DNA from: an uncultured Candidatus Saccharibacteria bacterium
Lineage (GTDB): Bacteria; Patescibacteriota; Minisyncoccia; Phycocordibacterales; UBA918
Assembly (NCBI GenBank): GCA_964352875.1
Contig: CAYGTP010000006.1
Location: 1 to 43,609 of the forward strand
Length of the DNA: 43,609 bases
Reading direction: 5' to 3'
In this document: piece by piece, positions 10,593-21,218 of the stretch
How positions within the stretch are numbered: the first letter of the stretch is position 1
Layout: each line of letters opens with the position of its first letter
Position numbers and translations under genes: made by a program
The notes under the pieces: model-generated
Told to the model about the DNA's origin: nothing
The model's input: the letters and a program-made list of their open reading frames with translations, nothing else
Database searches by the model: none

Positions 10593-12135
10593 TATGCGGG
10601 CTTTTATCTTCAAATTTACTGCTGCACTACTTACCGCCAGCTATTTGATGTTTGCGCCAGTACCATTACTTGATTATGACAAGCAACCCCTCATGCATCA
10701 AGCCGAAGCAGAAGTGCCAACATTCAGCCCAATTGAGTACGCCCTGCAAGGTTTGGAGTACATCGAAAGTACCTTAATTGCTGCCAACACTTCACTTGAA
10801 GCGGCTACCGGTATTTCTCTACTCAGTAAAGAATTTACTTTAGACTTTCTTGCTTGGGAGATAGCTAAAATGGCCCTGAAAAGTATCACAAGAAGTACGG
10901 TCAACTGGATTAACTCCGGCTTCCAGGGCAGCCCATCATTTGTACAAAACTTTGAAACATTTATGCTTGGGGTCGCAGATGAATACGTAAATGAGCATAT
11001 TTATGGAACATATTTGGACTTTTTGTGTCAACCATTTCAACTCGATATACGAATAGCGTTAGAGCTGCAGTACGGTGCCAACCGGGGTAGCTCGCAACCG
11101 CGTTGTACCTTGTCTGGTATTGAAGATAACATCGAAAACTTTGTAAACGGAACATTTGAAGAAGGTGGTTGGCAACGTATGCTCGAAATCAGTGCTAATC
11201 CAAAAAACACGCCCTATGGAGCTTATCTGGACGCCCAAGGTAAAATCCAAGCTGGTATACGTACTGCTCAAGGCAACTCGCGACTAGAGCAAGAAGTTGG
11301 AAATGGATTCTTATCATTTGCCCTCTGTGACCCCATCGAAAGCGAAGACGGGACCTCAAAAGACAATACAGGGAAACCCGGCGCTGCAAGTAAAGATGAC
11401 TGTCTTATTACCAAACCTGGACAATTTATTGCGGCCCAAATTAACGAAGTGGCTAGTTATGAAGGGAAGGCACTGATTGAAGCTGACGAAATCAACGAAA
11501 TCATTGGTGCGCTCTTTACTCAGCTTGCTACCCGAGCAATTACAAATGCTTCTGGTCTACTCGGTCTCTCAGCTCGTGGATACGATAAAGGCCAAGGTAG
11601 CTTTATCGACGCTTGGGAACGTGAACCAATCAGACCACAAATTACCGATCCCGCTGCCGCGAGTTCTCTTGAAGACGACATTACTCGTCACCAGGAATAC
11701 GTAACTCTGTTTACCCGGGTTCAACCACCAATTACTACTCGAGTACAAACGATACAAACTAGAATTACCGAAGCTCGTTCTGACTATCCTGGTTGTTTTA
11801 ATCTAACATTTGCAAATAACTGGCCCCGAATACTCCCAATCCGGGACCGAGCTCTCAATGCCACTAATCAGGTACCTGGGTTAATTGTGCAAATGCAAAC
11901 ATTGCAAACAGCCCTTGATACACCAAACATTACGGCCCAAGATAAAATCAGTCTACTTAACCAAACCAGCGCCATCAGAAACAACGATGCGTATGTCTCT
12001 CTCAGTGAGAGTGGTCAAGCACTAGGCTTTATTGGTATCTACGAAGAATGGAATCGTACGGTTGACAGCCAAATTAACCAGACTATTACTGCTTGCGAGA
12101 CGACCGGCCAACCACCAACCAATCTTGTGATATGA
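10585..12135 (+). CDS. Secreted/membrane hypothetical protein of the T4SS-like cluster
   Basis: Signal-peptide-like N-terminus after ATG 10585/10594; overlaps neighbours at both ends; several Cys. Confidence 0.7.
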   Translation: MNNMRAFIFKFTAALLTASYLMFAPVPLLDYDKQPLMHQAEAEVPTFSPIEYALQGLEYIESTLIAANTSLEAATGISLLSKEFTLDFLAWEIAKMALKSITRSTVNWINSGFQGSPSFVQNFETFMLGVADEYVNEHIYGTYLDFLCQPFQLDIRIALELQYGANRGSSQPRCTLSGIEDNIENFVNGTFEEGGWQRMLEISANPKNTPYGAYLDAQGKIQAGIRTAQGNSRLEQEVGNGFLSFALCDPIESEDGTSKDNTGKPGAASKDDCLITKPGQFIAAQINEVASYEGKALIEADEINEIIGALFTQLATRAITNASGLLGLSARGYDKGQGSFIDAWEREPIRPQITDPAAASSLEDDITRHQEYVTLFTRVQPPITTRVQTIQTRITEARSDYPGCFNLTFANNWPRILPIRDRALNATNQVPGLIVQMQTLQTALDTPNITAQDKISLLNQTSAIRNNDAYVSLSESGQALGFIGIYEEWNRTVDSQINQTITACETTGQPPTNLVI

Positions 12136-14342
12136 CCAAACGACTTCGTCAACTTAATAACAAATGGATAGTGGTCCTGTTATTGCTGGTTACTCCAGTA
12201 GCAGCACAAGCGTTTATATACAACGCCGTAGCGGGTATGGGGTCATGGTTGATGACATTCTCTGGAGGATGGCTTGATGGGGCGCTCTATTTCTTTGTCT
12301 TCAAGATGGGAGACCTCTACATCAATAGTCTGGGCGTAATTGTAGAAAATCTATGGAAATTCGTTCGAGATATATTTAACATCGCTTTTATATTTGGTCT
12401 TATTTATATTGGATTTAAAACTATTCTCAATGCTGATGACTCAAATACGAGGCGATCTTTAATATTACTACTCGGCGCAGCATTATTGATTAACTTTAGT
12501 TTGTTTATTACAAAAGCTGTAGTCGACTTTAGTAACCTCGCTGCCTATGAACTCCGTCAGCTCATCGAAATCACCCCACCTAAAAATACTGACGGTACTA
12601 GCAACAACTCACAATTAGTAATATCCGGCGCTTTTGTGGCAGCTACAAAAATTAATTCATTTACCGGTGCCAACCCAGCACAAATAGTCAGCGACACCGA
12701 CGGCGACACAGGTCCTGCATGGATAGTTATTCTTGGCACTTTAATTTTCACCGTCGTTACATCATTTGTATTTCTCTCGGGAGCAGTTTTACTAACAGTT
12801 AGGTTTATTGCTTTACTTATATTAATGGTGTTATCACCAGTAATGTTCCTTGGTTGGATAGTCCCCAGTCTCCAGAGCACTTCTAGTAAGTACTGGCAGA
12901 CATTTCTTTCATATGCCTTTTACGCTCCTGCATATGTATTTATGTTGTTGTTGGCGCTACGATTTATTCAGCAACTAAACCAGAGCGAATTAGTAGCTGG
13001 GACAAGCTTTGCGGACTTGATTACTGCTGGAGAAACTTTTGACCGATCTGCCGCTTTAGTTGCAGTCTTTGCTGTTTCGTGTGGCCTCATGCTCGCGGCC
13101 AACACCGTCGCTAGTAAAATGGGAATTGCTGGATCAAATACTGTGATGAAAGTTGGTAGTGGCGCACGGAAATGGACACAAGAAAGAATGAAAGGTGCAG
13201 GCAATGCTGCTTGGGGAGCACTTAAGTATGACCATGAATATCGACAAGGACGTCGAGCTGAAGCGCGAGTTAAAAAACTTGATGAACTTGATGCACGAGT
13301 TGCTCGAGGTGGAAGATTAGGGAAATTAGCAGCAATCCAACGAGCAGCACTGGTGGCTACTTCTGGAAATGTTAATGTCCGCGGAGCCCGATCTGCTGCC
13401 GAAAAACGTTTCAAAGCAAGTCCGTATAGTGAACACGAAGCTGACAACAAAGAGCGAGCAAGGCGAGTCTCTACAGCTAACGCAACGATAGAAGCCCAGG
13501 AAGCAATTACCTTGGGTGCTTCTCCTAATTCCACACCTGATCAACGTATTGCAATGGAAGAGGCAGTTTCAAAACTTGATGTCAAAGAATTAGAAGCAAT
13601 GGTAAAAACTAAGAAAGGGAAAGAAGCGCTGGTAAGTATCGCTGGTAGCATTCCGCAGTCTGTATTTGATAAGCTTGTTGAGAGCGAGGAACTCAGTCCG
13701 ACGCAACGTAAAGAACTAGAACAGGGTCGCCAAAAATCAATCAAAAAGAACCTGGTCAACAGCGCCTATGAATCTGCCCTAGAGAAAACTCAGGATCAAG
13801 ACGAGAAAAGGCAACTTAAAGCATTAACAGCAGCCGCGCGAAAGGCTAAATTCTTCAGTGAGGGAATAAAGTCGGCTTCGAGCGACCAACTTGATAATCT
13901 TGATTTTACCAAAGATGTCCTGCCAAACGCATTGTACTTACAATCGGGCCAAATGGATGACTTAAAGAAAAAGTGGGGTGAAGAAAAATACCGTATACTA
14001 AAAGAAGAACAGAAAAGGCTGATGGTGAACAGTCCGCTTGACGCATTGAAGAGCCGAAAAGGTACAAAAGAAAAAGCCAAATTGCCAAGCGAAGTACTCA
14101 TGAATGATGAAGTTATTGACGAGCTCTTTGGCACAATTGCTGGCCCTAAGGAATTTGACGCTGAATTAATGAACCAAATCGGTCAAGAGAGTGATGTCGA
14201 CAAGGTAACCTTCGGACGTAAAGTACTTAACCGATATAATGTTGCAAATGACTTAAATGCACCAGGAACACCTGCTAGCGTTAAACAATTCTTTAAAAAT
14301 CCTCAAGGCATTCGTTTCTTGCCAAGAGAAGTAAGCGCATAA
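12132..14342 (+). CDS. VirB6/TrbL-like polytopic membrane protein with long hydrophilic C-terminal domain
   Basis: Multiple TM helices (WKFVRDIFN, LLINFSLFITKAVVD, RFIALLILMVLSPVMFLGW, YAPAYVFML); ATGA overlap with upstream stop; upstream of prgI/virB4. Confidence 0.65.
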   Translation: MTKRLRQLNNKWIVVLLLLVTPVAAQAFIYNAVAGMGSWLMTFSGGWLDGALYFFVFKMGDLYINSLGVIVENLWKFVRDIFNIAFIFGLIYIGFKTILNADDSNTRRSLILLLGAALLINFSLFITKAVVDFSNLAAYELRQLIEITPPKNTDGTSNNSQLVISGAFVAATKINSFTGANPAQIVSDTDGDTGPAWIVILGTLIFTVVTSFVFLSGAVLLTVRFIALLILMVLSPVMFLGWIVPSLQSTSSKYWQTFLSYAFYAPAYVFMLLLALRFIQQLNQSELVAGTSFADLITAGETFDRSAALVAVFAVSCGLMLAANTVASKMGIAGSNTVMKVGSGARKWTQERMKGAGNAAWGALKYDHEYRQGRRAEARVKKLDELDARVARGGRLGKLAAIQRAALVATSGNVNVRGARSAAEKRFKASPYSEHEADNKERARRVSTANATIEAQEAITLGASPNSTPDQRIAMEEAVSKLDVKELEAMVKTKKGKEALVSIAGSIPQSVFDKLVESEELSPTQRKELEQGRQKSIKKNLVNSAYESALEKTQDQDEKRQLKALTAAARKAKFFSEGIKSASSDQLDNLDFTKDVLPNALYLQSGQMDDLKKKWGEEKYRILKEEQKRLMVNSPLDALKSRKGTKEKAKLPSEVLMNDEVIDELFGTIAGPKEFDAELMNQIGQESDVDKVTFGRKVLNRYNVANDLNAPGTPASVKQFFKNPQGIRFLPREVSA

Positions 14343-14345
14343 ATT

Positions 14346-14870
14346 ATGACTTCAGACCATGATAGAGATGTAGCAATCAGGCACGCTTCAGATGAAGTTA
14401 TGTCTGTATATGGTGGATTACATACCGGAGAGTTATTAGCCGGAGTATATAACAAATATCTTTTTCCAAGCACTGACTATAGAACCTACGTAACATTAAT
14501 TGGAGACGTAATCCTTGGTTTGGAAAAACGGGCAGATTTACCTCAACTACTCCATCAGTCCTTGCAGATAGAACCTGAAATTTGCCTGCAGCTAGTAGCC
14601 GATTTAAATAGCTTACTAAGTACCCCAACACACACTGAACTTAATCACGATGACGAGGCTGCTAGTCAGCTTTCTAAAACAGAAATTCCGACTGTACGTA
14701 CCATGCAAAGTGACAGCAATACCAACGCTCAGGTTGAACTACCTGATTGGAGTAGCCAGATTAGAGATGCTGATTCCTTACTGGCTGAAACAGAAGCTGG
14801 GCCAGAAGAACGAGTGGTGCAAAGTACGGGACAGGATGAGCTACTAAAACGAATGAAGATTGATTACTAA
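14346..14870 (+). CDS. Hypothetical protein
   Basis: 174-aa ORF starting 3 nt after the upstream stop. Confidence 0.65.
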   Translation: MTSDHDRDVAIRHASDEVMSVYGGLHTGELLAGVYNKYLFPSTDYRTYVTLIGDVILGLEKRADLPQLLHQSLQIEPEICLQLVADLNSLLSTPTHTELNHDDEAASQLSKTEIPTVRTMQSDSNTNAQVELPDWSSQIRDADSLLAETEAGPEERVVQSTGQDELLKRMKIDY

Positions 14871-14942
14871 TTACGGTGGGGACAGACGAGGCGATAGCAG
14901 CACTATCATCTGGACTGGGCATGTATAATACGGTCATAGCGT

Positions 14943-15356
14943 ATGCGTTTTGAAGTGCCACAATTTATTGAAATTGAAGATAAAATTTTTGGTCCACTGA
15001 CCTGGAAGCAGTTTGTGTATCTCGGCGGTGGATTAGGGATTGCGATTGTGATGTTTCTGACAACAAACTTGTTTTTCTTCTTCTTGTTTGGTGTGCCAAT
15101 TGGTATCTTGGCGATAGCTTTAGCATTTTATCCAATCAACGACCGGCCGTTTTCTATTTTCCTTGAGTCGTTGTTGCAATATGCAAGCAACACTAAACTC
15201 TACCAATGGCAGCGAAAAACTGGTTTTGTCTACCGTAACGACACCACTGATAACGAATCAGAGACAACCTTCCGTACTCCAACTCCAGGCACAAAGAAAG
15301 ACATAACATCATTGGCTCGCGAATTAGAATTAAACGCCATGCAAAAGCAAGAATAA
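14943..15356 (+). CDS. prgI: PrgI-family (VirB3-like) protein
   Basis: VPQFIEIEDKIFGPLTWKQF signature, two TM helices, PINDRPF. Confidence 0.85.
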   Translation: MRFEVPQFIEIEDKIFGPLTWKQFVYLGGGLGIAIVMFLTTNLFFFFLFGVPIGILAIALAFYPINDRPFSIFLESLLQYASNTKLYQWQRKTGFVYRNDTTDNESETTFRTPTPGTKKDITSLARELELNAMQKQE

Positions 15357-15357
15357 T

Positions 15358-15990
15358 ATGGCGACCCAAAATCCTAGTCAAAACTTTGTCCCAATCAAAG
15401 ACATCAAACGAGATGTTGTGATTCTTAAAAATGGCCAAATGTGCAAAATTTTACTCGCTTCGTCAGTCAATTTTGCTCTCAAATCGCTCGACGAGCAAAC
15501 AGCTATTTTGAGTCAATTTCAAAACTTTTTGAATACTATAGACTTCTCAATTCAAGTTTATATCCAATCACGTCGACTTGATATCCAACCATACCTGGAC
15601 ATTCTTGCCGCCAGAGAAAACCAACAAGACAACGACTTAATGCGTATTCAGGTACGGGAGTATATGGAATTCATCAAGACATTTACCCGTGAAGTTGATA
15701 TTATGAGTAAAAACTTTTTTGTTGTGGTGCCGTTTACGGCTGCTCCAGTTGACCTAAAACAAGGGTTTACTAAAATTTTTAATCAGAATAAAACTAATAT
15801 CAAACAGACTACCGAAACTAGCTTTGAAGAAAAACGACTCCAGCTCAACCAAAGAGTATCGGTGGTGGAGCAAGGCCTTAATCGCATTGGGGTACGTACA
15901 GTCGCTTTAGAAGAAAATGCTTTGGTAGAATTGTTTTATCATATATTTAACCCAGGCGACCCAAATCGTAACGCACCTGAGCGATCATAA
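15358..15990 (+). CDS. T4SS-associated protein resembling a VirB4/TraE N-terminal domain
   Basis: SVNFALKSLDEQTAILSQFQNFLNTIDFSIQVYIQSRRLD and KNFFVVVP; between prgI and virB4. Confidence 0.6.
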   Translation: MATQNPSQNFVPIKDIKRDVVILKNGQMCKILLASSVNFALKSLDEQTAILSQFQNFLNTIDFSIQVYIQSRRLDIQPYLDILAARENQQDNDLMRIQVREYMEFIKTFTREVDIMSKNFFVVVPFTAAPVDLKQGFTKIFNQNKTNIKQTTETSFEEKRLQLNQRVSVVEQGLNRIGVRTVALEENALVELFYHIFNPGDPNRNAPERS

Positions 15991-15996
15991 ACTATT

Positions 15997-17796
15997 ATGG
16001 GATTACTTGATTTTTTAACACCAAAGAAACGGGCGGGACATAATGACGCATTAGACAACGCGTTAATGACACTCGAAGATGTAATTGCGCCGTCTGCAGT
16101 TCAAATTAATCCTCGCAGCTTTAACATGAGTGGTATTGAAGGCCGGATATTTTATGCAGTATCCTATCCTAGGTTTTTGAACGATGGTTGGCTGGAACCA
16201 ATTATCAATCTCGAACGGGAAATTGATATTAGTATCATGATCCACCCCAATGACACCGCCGATGCGCTAAAAAAATACCAAAAGAAGGTGGCTGAAGTGC
16301 AAAGTCAGATCAATATCAGAGCGGAACAGGGCATGGTACGTGACCCTCAATTGGAAGCTGCTTATCGCAACCTAGAAGAACTCCGTGACAAACTGCAGCA
16401 AGCAGAAGAAAAACTTTTTGACGTAGGTCTTTATTTGGCACTCTATGACGAAGACTTAGTTCGACTCAATGAAACTGAAAGTGAAATCAAAGGCATGCTT
16501 GATTCACGACTAATTTATCTCAAGCCGGCCTTATTTCAGCAGGAGCAGGGGATTCGCAGTATTCTACCAACTGTGACCGACGAACTGCTAGTCCATAGCA
16601 AATTTAATTCATCCCCACTGTCGAGCTTTTTTCCATTTACTTCATTTGACCTCACTTCTGATGACGGAATTCTCTATGGCATCAACCGACACAACTCCTC
16701 TTTAGTTCTCTTTGATCGGTATAAGCTAACTAACTACAATTCAGTTACCTTTGCTACTTCAGGCGCAGGAAAATCATACACAACAAAATTAGAAATTCTC
16801 CGGTCGTTAATGTTTGACACCGAAGTCATTATTCTAGACCCCGAACGTGAATACGAATACTTGGCCGAAGCGACCGGTGGGCGATTCTTTAATATCTCAC
16901 TTTCGTCTGAACACCATATCAACCCATTTGATCTACCGGCTCCAGCCGAAGACGAAAACCCAGCTGACGTACTCCGTACCCATATTATTCAAATGATTGG
17001 GCTATTTCGGATTATGTTGGGCGGGCTGTCACCAACCGAAGAAACACTCATCGACCAAGCAATTCACGAAGTCTACGCCCTCAAAGACATCACCGGCGAC
17101 GTTGACTTTGGTGACATGTCACCACCGTTACTTTCAGATTTTGAAATGGTCCTCGCCGGCATGGAGGGGAGTGCATCTTTAATTGCACGATTGCAGAAAT
17201 ACACTTCTGGCACCTGGTCTGGGTTTATGAATCATCCGACAAACGTCGATATCAATCAGAAGTTCATTGTATTTTCTCTGCGTGACATGGAAGATGAACT
17301 CAAGACAGTGGCCATGTATATCATCACAAATCATATCTGGAGCATGGTGCGGCGGCGACTACAAAAACGTTTGCTCGTTATAGACGAAGCGTGGTGGATG
17401 ATGAAATCTGAAGATACTGCGTCATTCTTATTTATGCTAGCCAAGCGTGGACGTAAATATTACTTAGGTATTTCAACCATCACCCAAGACGTCGATGACT
17501 TTTTACGCTCACCTTACGGAGTGCCGATGATTACCAACTCATCTTTACAGCTTTTGATGAAACAGTCACAGACCGCGATTGATAATATTCAGAATACTTT
17601 TAATCTCACTGATGAAGAAAAATTCTTACTCCTAGAATCAAACGTTGGGGAAGGTATATTCTTTGCTGGAACCAAGCACGTCGCTATAAAAGTCATCGCT
17701 TCCTATACCGAAGACCAAATCATTACCTCAGACCCATCCCAAATTCTTCAGATTAAAAAAGCCCGAGAAGAACTACAGGCTGCTCAAAACGATTAA
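15997..17796 (+). CDS. virB4: VirB4/TraE-family ATPase
   Basis: YGIN...VLFDR, Walker A ATSGAGKS, DPEREY, INPFD, Walker B LLVIDEAW, KRGRKY, ITQ. Confidence 0.88.
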   Translation: MGLLDFLTPKKRAGHNDALDNALMTLEDVIAPSAVQINPRSFNMSGIEGRIFYAVSYPRFLNDGWLEPIINLEREIDISIMIHPNDTADALKKYQKKVAEVQSQINIRAEQGMVRDPQLEAAYRNLEELRDKLQQAEEKLFDVGLYLALYDEDLVRLNETESEIKGMLDSRLIYLKPALFQQEQGIRSILPTVTDELLVHSKFNSSPLSSFFPFTSFDLTSDDGILYGINRHNSSLVLFDRYKLTNYNSVTFATSGAGKSYTTKLEILRSLMFDTEVIILDPEREYEYLAEATGGRFFNISLSSEHHINPFDLPAPAEDENPADVLRTHIIQMIGLFRIMLGGLSPTEETLIDQAIHEVYALKDITGDVDFGDMSPPLLSDFEMVLAGMEGSASLIARLQKYTSGTWSGFMNHPTNVDINQKFIVFSLRDMEDELKTVAMYIITNHIWSMVRRRLQKRLLVIDEAWWMMKSEDTASFLFMLAKRGRKYYLGISTITQDVDDFLRSPYGVPMITNSSLQLLMKQSQTAIDNIQNTFNLTDEEKFLLLESNVGEGIFFAGTKHVAIKVIASYTEDQIITSDPSQILQIKKAREELQAAQND

Positions 17797-17818
17797 TTCG
17801 GTGGGGTATAGTACTACT

Positions 17819-18616
17819 ATGGCTAAACCAATGATAGCTCCGGATAGTCAGACTGGCCGAGGTATACGTAGCGCTAGCAATGAGACTACTGCAGCTGCCC
17901 CAACGACCAACCCTCTCCCAACCACCACCCAAACTAGAAGTGCCCTTGATTTAGAGGAATTTGGTGATAATAGTTATCGATCAGTAAAATCTGGAAAATC
18001 TACTGTCGCATCCAACACAAAGCGTAAAAACCGTGGCAATCGACGACGGCGTGATTTCCGTGCTCCAGCTGAGCACGCGCAAAAGACATTTTCGTTAACC
18101 CCAGCCAGACCAGCCAAATCACTAGCCAAGCAGACTCCATTAGATGAATTTGGCGACGCTAATGAATCTAGTAGCATTTCAACTTCCACCGCTGGGCGAT
18201 TGATCAAACGAAAAAAAGCTCAGCTTCTCACCCGACCGTTATTTCTTTTGGTTTTTATGGTATGGCCAATCATCGCTGTTTTTGCTGTAATTTATGCAGG
18301 ATCGTTTGAACTAGGTGACACTTGGCTAGTTAGTATTATTGGTAATGTAACTGAGGCCGTATTAGGAACGAACCTTGCTGAACTATGGCAACAGGGAGTG
18401 TTAGGAATACTAGTAATGTCAGTTTGGTTATTAATAGGAGTATGTCTGTCGTACCATTATATGCCCGGTATTAATATAAACTCTTTGGGTGGCGAAAAAA
18501 GTTCTATAAAGTTGTTGTTGTTAGTATTAGTCTTTATAGGGCCATTTATACCAGTAATTGGTATCCTGCCATTTATTGTTTTATGGTTATGGTACGCAGC
18601 GTATTACCCAGACTAG
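17819..18616 (+). CDS. Membrane protein with basic disordered N-terminus and C-terminal TM helices
   Basis: Hydrophobic C-terminal segments; ATG 17819 follows a TATAGT -10-like element. Confidence 0.7.
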   Translation: MAKPMIAPDSQTGRGIRSASNETTAAAPTTNPLPTTTQTRSALDLEEFGDNSYRSVKSGKSTVASNTKRKNRGNRRRRDFRAPAEHAQKTFSLTPARPAKSLAKQTPLDEFGDANESSSISTSTAGRLIKRKKAQLLTRPLFLLVFMVWPIIAVFAVIYAGSFELGDTWLVSIIGNVTEAVLGTNLAELWQQGVLGILVMSVWLLIGVCLSYHYMPGININSLGGEKSSIKLLLLVLVFIGPFIPVIGILPFIVLWLWYAAYYPD

Positions 18617-18652
18617 ATATTGGTACAATACACCTCGTGCTATGCTAGCAGT

Positions 18653-19621
18653 ATGAGATTGAGTATTTTAGCCATACTTATATTTGTGTTGTTTGGAAGT
18701 TTTTTTACTATTCCAACTCTCCGCGCTCAAACAGCGAATCCAGAAGCAACGGCTGGGCTGATTATTCAGCCTGCTTTTCCTGAACCTTTTGAGGAAATTA
18801 CTATTCAACTCAATGCCTATAGTTACAACCTAAATAGTGCAGGTATTGATTGGTTTGCAGCTGGTGAAACACTGAGTGAATTTACTAATCAACGAGAGAT
18901 TAGCTACCAGGTCGGGGACCTGGGTGAACCTACTATTGTCACAGCGGTAATTACTCAAGCAGATGGAATACAGCTCTCAATTTCAGAAACAATCACTCCT
19001 ACCCGAATAGATATAATCATGGAGCCACAAACTTTTACTGCCACACTGTATCCTGGATCACCACTACCATCAGTCGGAAGCGTCTTGCGAGTAGTTGCAC
19101 TCCCTCAAGAAAAAAACTACAAATCACCGAATAATTACTCTTATCAGTGGAGACTTAATAATGAAATCCAATTTTTAGGGGAAATCAAATCAGCTAACGT
19201 CGCAGAATTTATAATACCCCGCGGTCGGGTGGTGATTGGTGTTGAAGCTTTAAACACCGACGGTGAGGTGGTGGCCAAGAAAAATATTCTCGTGCCAGTT
19301 ACCGAACCATTGCTGCAGTTTTATGTTAACAACCCCCTTCGAGGCACTAGCGAATACCCGATTGAGAATATTTATGAATTATTGGAGACAGAAGTAAATA
19401 TTCGTGCCGTACCTTACGGAATAGCCAAAGATATTACTGCCTCAGAACATTTACTAGAGTGGGGGCTTAATAATCAAGCTGTTACCAATCCAAACCCTGA
19501 CCCGTTTGAAATTACATTACGAAAGCAGGTAGACGGAGGAATGTTACCACTTAATTTTCACATTAGAAATCTTCGTCAGCTGTCTCAAGGAGTTGAAGAC
19601 GACATAGTAATTCGTTTTTAG
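18653..19621 (+). CDS. Secreted beta-rich (Ig/PKD-like) hypothetical protein
   Basis: Signal peptide ending LRA-Q; repeated W-containing beta motifs (IDWF, YQWRLN, EWGLNN). Confidence 0.65.
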   Translation: MRLSILAILIFVLFGSFFTIPTLRAQTANPEATAGLIIQPAFPEPFEEITIQLNAYSYNLNSAGIDWFAAGETLSEFTNQREISYQVGDLGEPTIVTAVITQADGIQLSISETITPTRIDIIMEPQTFTATLYPGSPLPSVGSVLRVVALPQEKNYKSPNNYSYQWRLNNEIQFLGEIKSANVAEFIIPRGRVVIGVEALNTDGEVVAKKNILVPVTEPLLQFYVNNPLRGTSEYPIENIYELLETEVNIRAVPYGIAKDITASEHLLEWGLNNQAVTNPNPDPFEITLRKQVDGGMLPLNFHIRNLRQLSQGVEDDIVIRF

Positions 19622-19622
19622 T

Positions 19623-20798
19623 ATGCTAAAGCAAATTCTTATTACTATTGGTATTATTATCATCCTCATTGTGTTTTCAGTTTGGGTTTACTTACTTATT
19701 TTTGGTACTCCAGAAAGTACAAATGATGTATTTACTGATTTAGGATTGACTGAACAGCCTGATCGTACGCCACCGGCCACACCAATCACTTCAGACGATA
19801 CCAACCTAATGATTGCTAATGGTTTACAACAACTTACAACGCGACCAATAGCCGGGTTCATTGGTATGACTGGATCATCAAGCAATTTAGTCCGCTACGT
19901 CGAGCAAGGGACCGGGCACATATACCAAATTGACCTCGATACCCAAACAGAATCAAGATTAACCGGAACCACCATCCCTCGTACGCAACGAGCTGTATTT
20001 TCACCGGATGGTACTCACGTTGCATTAACTGCAGCTGCCAGCAATATTACCAGCACATTTGTTGGCACCATACAACCAGAAGAGAGTGCCGTTGTTGGAG
20101 ACGACCTACCTCCAGGCAGTGAAAATGTCATACTGTATGATTCTGGCGTAGTTGGATACACCCTTAATTTAGGTGATACTAGCAATGGATATTTATCTAA
20201 CCTAATCAACGGCACGGTTGAAGCAATATTTTCTGTCTCTCTTACTAACTATCATATGCTTTGGGGAGACACGGCAACTAGCAGTCACTATTTAACCACC
20301 AAACCAGCCCGGTCACTTCTGGGTTACACATATTTAGTTAACGGCACTGACTTGCTCCCAACCCCTTTGACTGGATATGGTTTGAGTGTTGAACGTCAAG
20401 CAGACCAATTCTTGGTTGCTCGCTATGACAATGGGTCATATGAAGCTTGGCAGTACAACCAAGCTTCGGGCACAGAGAAAACTGTAGCAACACTCATGTT
20501 GCCAGAGAAATGTGATCTAACAGCACAAAGAACAGTCTGTGCGGCACCATTTGAGTTCAACGACGTAGCTCTGCGAGACCAATACCCTGACCCTTGGTAT
20601 CGTGGAGAAATCAAATCACAAGATGTCCTGTGGGATATACAAACTAATTCCAATCAACCAGACACGACAACCGCATCTGTTTTAGTAGACCTACAAACTG
20701 AATCTGGACGCACGATTGATGTGACTGATCTGGCAGTCATTGATACTAGGATCTTATTTAGAAACCGGATTGATAATACACTTTGGTTATATGAATAA
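19623..20798 (+). CDS. Membrane-anchored beta-propeller-like protein
   Basis: N-terminal TM; RYVEQGTGHIY, AVFSPDGTHVA; Cys pair LPEKC...VCA. Confidence 0.65.
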   Translation: MLKQILITIGIIIILIVFSVWVYLLIFGTPESTNDVFTDLGLTEQPDRTPPATPITSDDTNLMIANGLQQLTTRPIAGFIGMTGSSSNLVRYVEQGTGHIYQIDLDTQTESRLTGTTIPRTQRAVFSPDGTHVALTAAASNITSTFVGTIQPEESAVVGDDLPPGSENVILYDSGVVGYTLNLGDTSNGYLSNLINGTVEAIFSVSLTNYHMLWGDTATSSHYLTTKPARSLLGYTYLVNGTDLLPTPLTGYGLSVERQADQFLVARYDNGSYEAWQYNQASGTEKTVATLMLPEKCDLTAQRTVCAAPFEFNDVALRDQYPDPWYRGEIKSQDVLWDIQTNSNQPDTTTASVLVDLQTESGRTIDVTDLAVIDTRILFRNRIDNTLWLYE

Positions 20799-21218
20799 TA
20801 CTATGAAGAGCAGATTACCAAAGAAGGTAGTTTCAATAGTAGTTTTTGTAGTGCCAATAATTATTTTGATTGTAACCCCAGCACTTGCTTTAGCTAATGA
20901 ACCCTTTGTCCCTATCGTTGGCATACCTGGTGTCTCAGCCACACCAGATTTTAATAGTTATGTGAACGCACTCTATTTGCTCTCAATTAGTCTCGCGGCT
21001 CTGCTCGCAGTAGTTAAGATAATTTTAGCAGGAGTACAGTGGATGTTTAGTGACGTGGTCACTGATATATCGTTAGCCAAACAAAACATCCGTGGAGCAC
21101 TCATAGGGCTCTTAATTGTTATGTCTGCTGTACTAGTTCTTCGTACTATCAACCCAGATTTAACGACCTTAAAGGCATTGGGGGATCGAGATGATATTAA
21201 GTTTAGTGGGGGGAGTGA
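20795..21218 (+). repeat. 424-bp exact direct repeat, copy 1 (pilin constant region)
   Basis: Identical by line-by-line comparison to 21885..22308; ends at AGTGGGGGGAGTGA. Confidence 0.95.

Noticed and set aside
17945..18165. Internal repeat LEEFGD / LDEFGD in the 17819 protein
   Set aside because: Only two short copies; too little to support a function.
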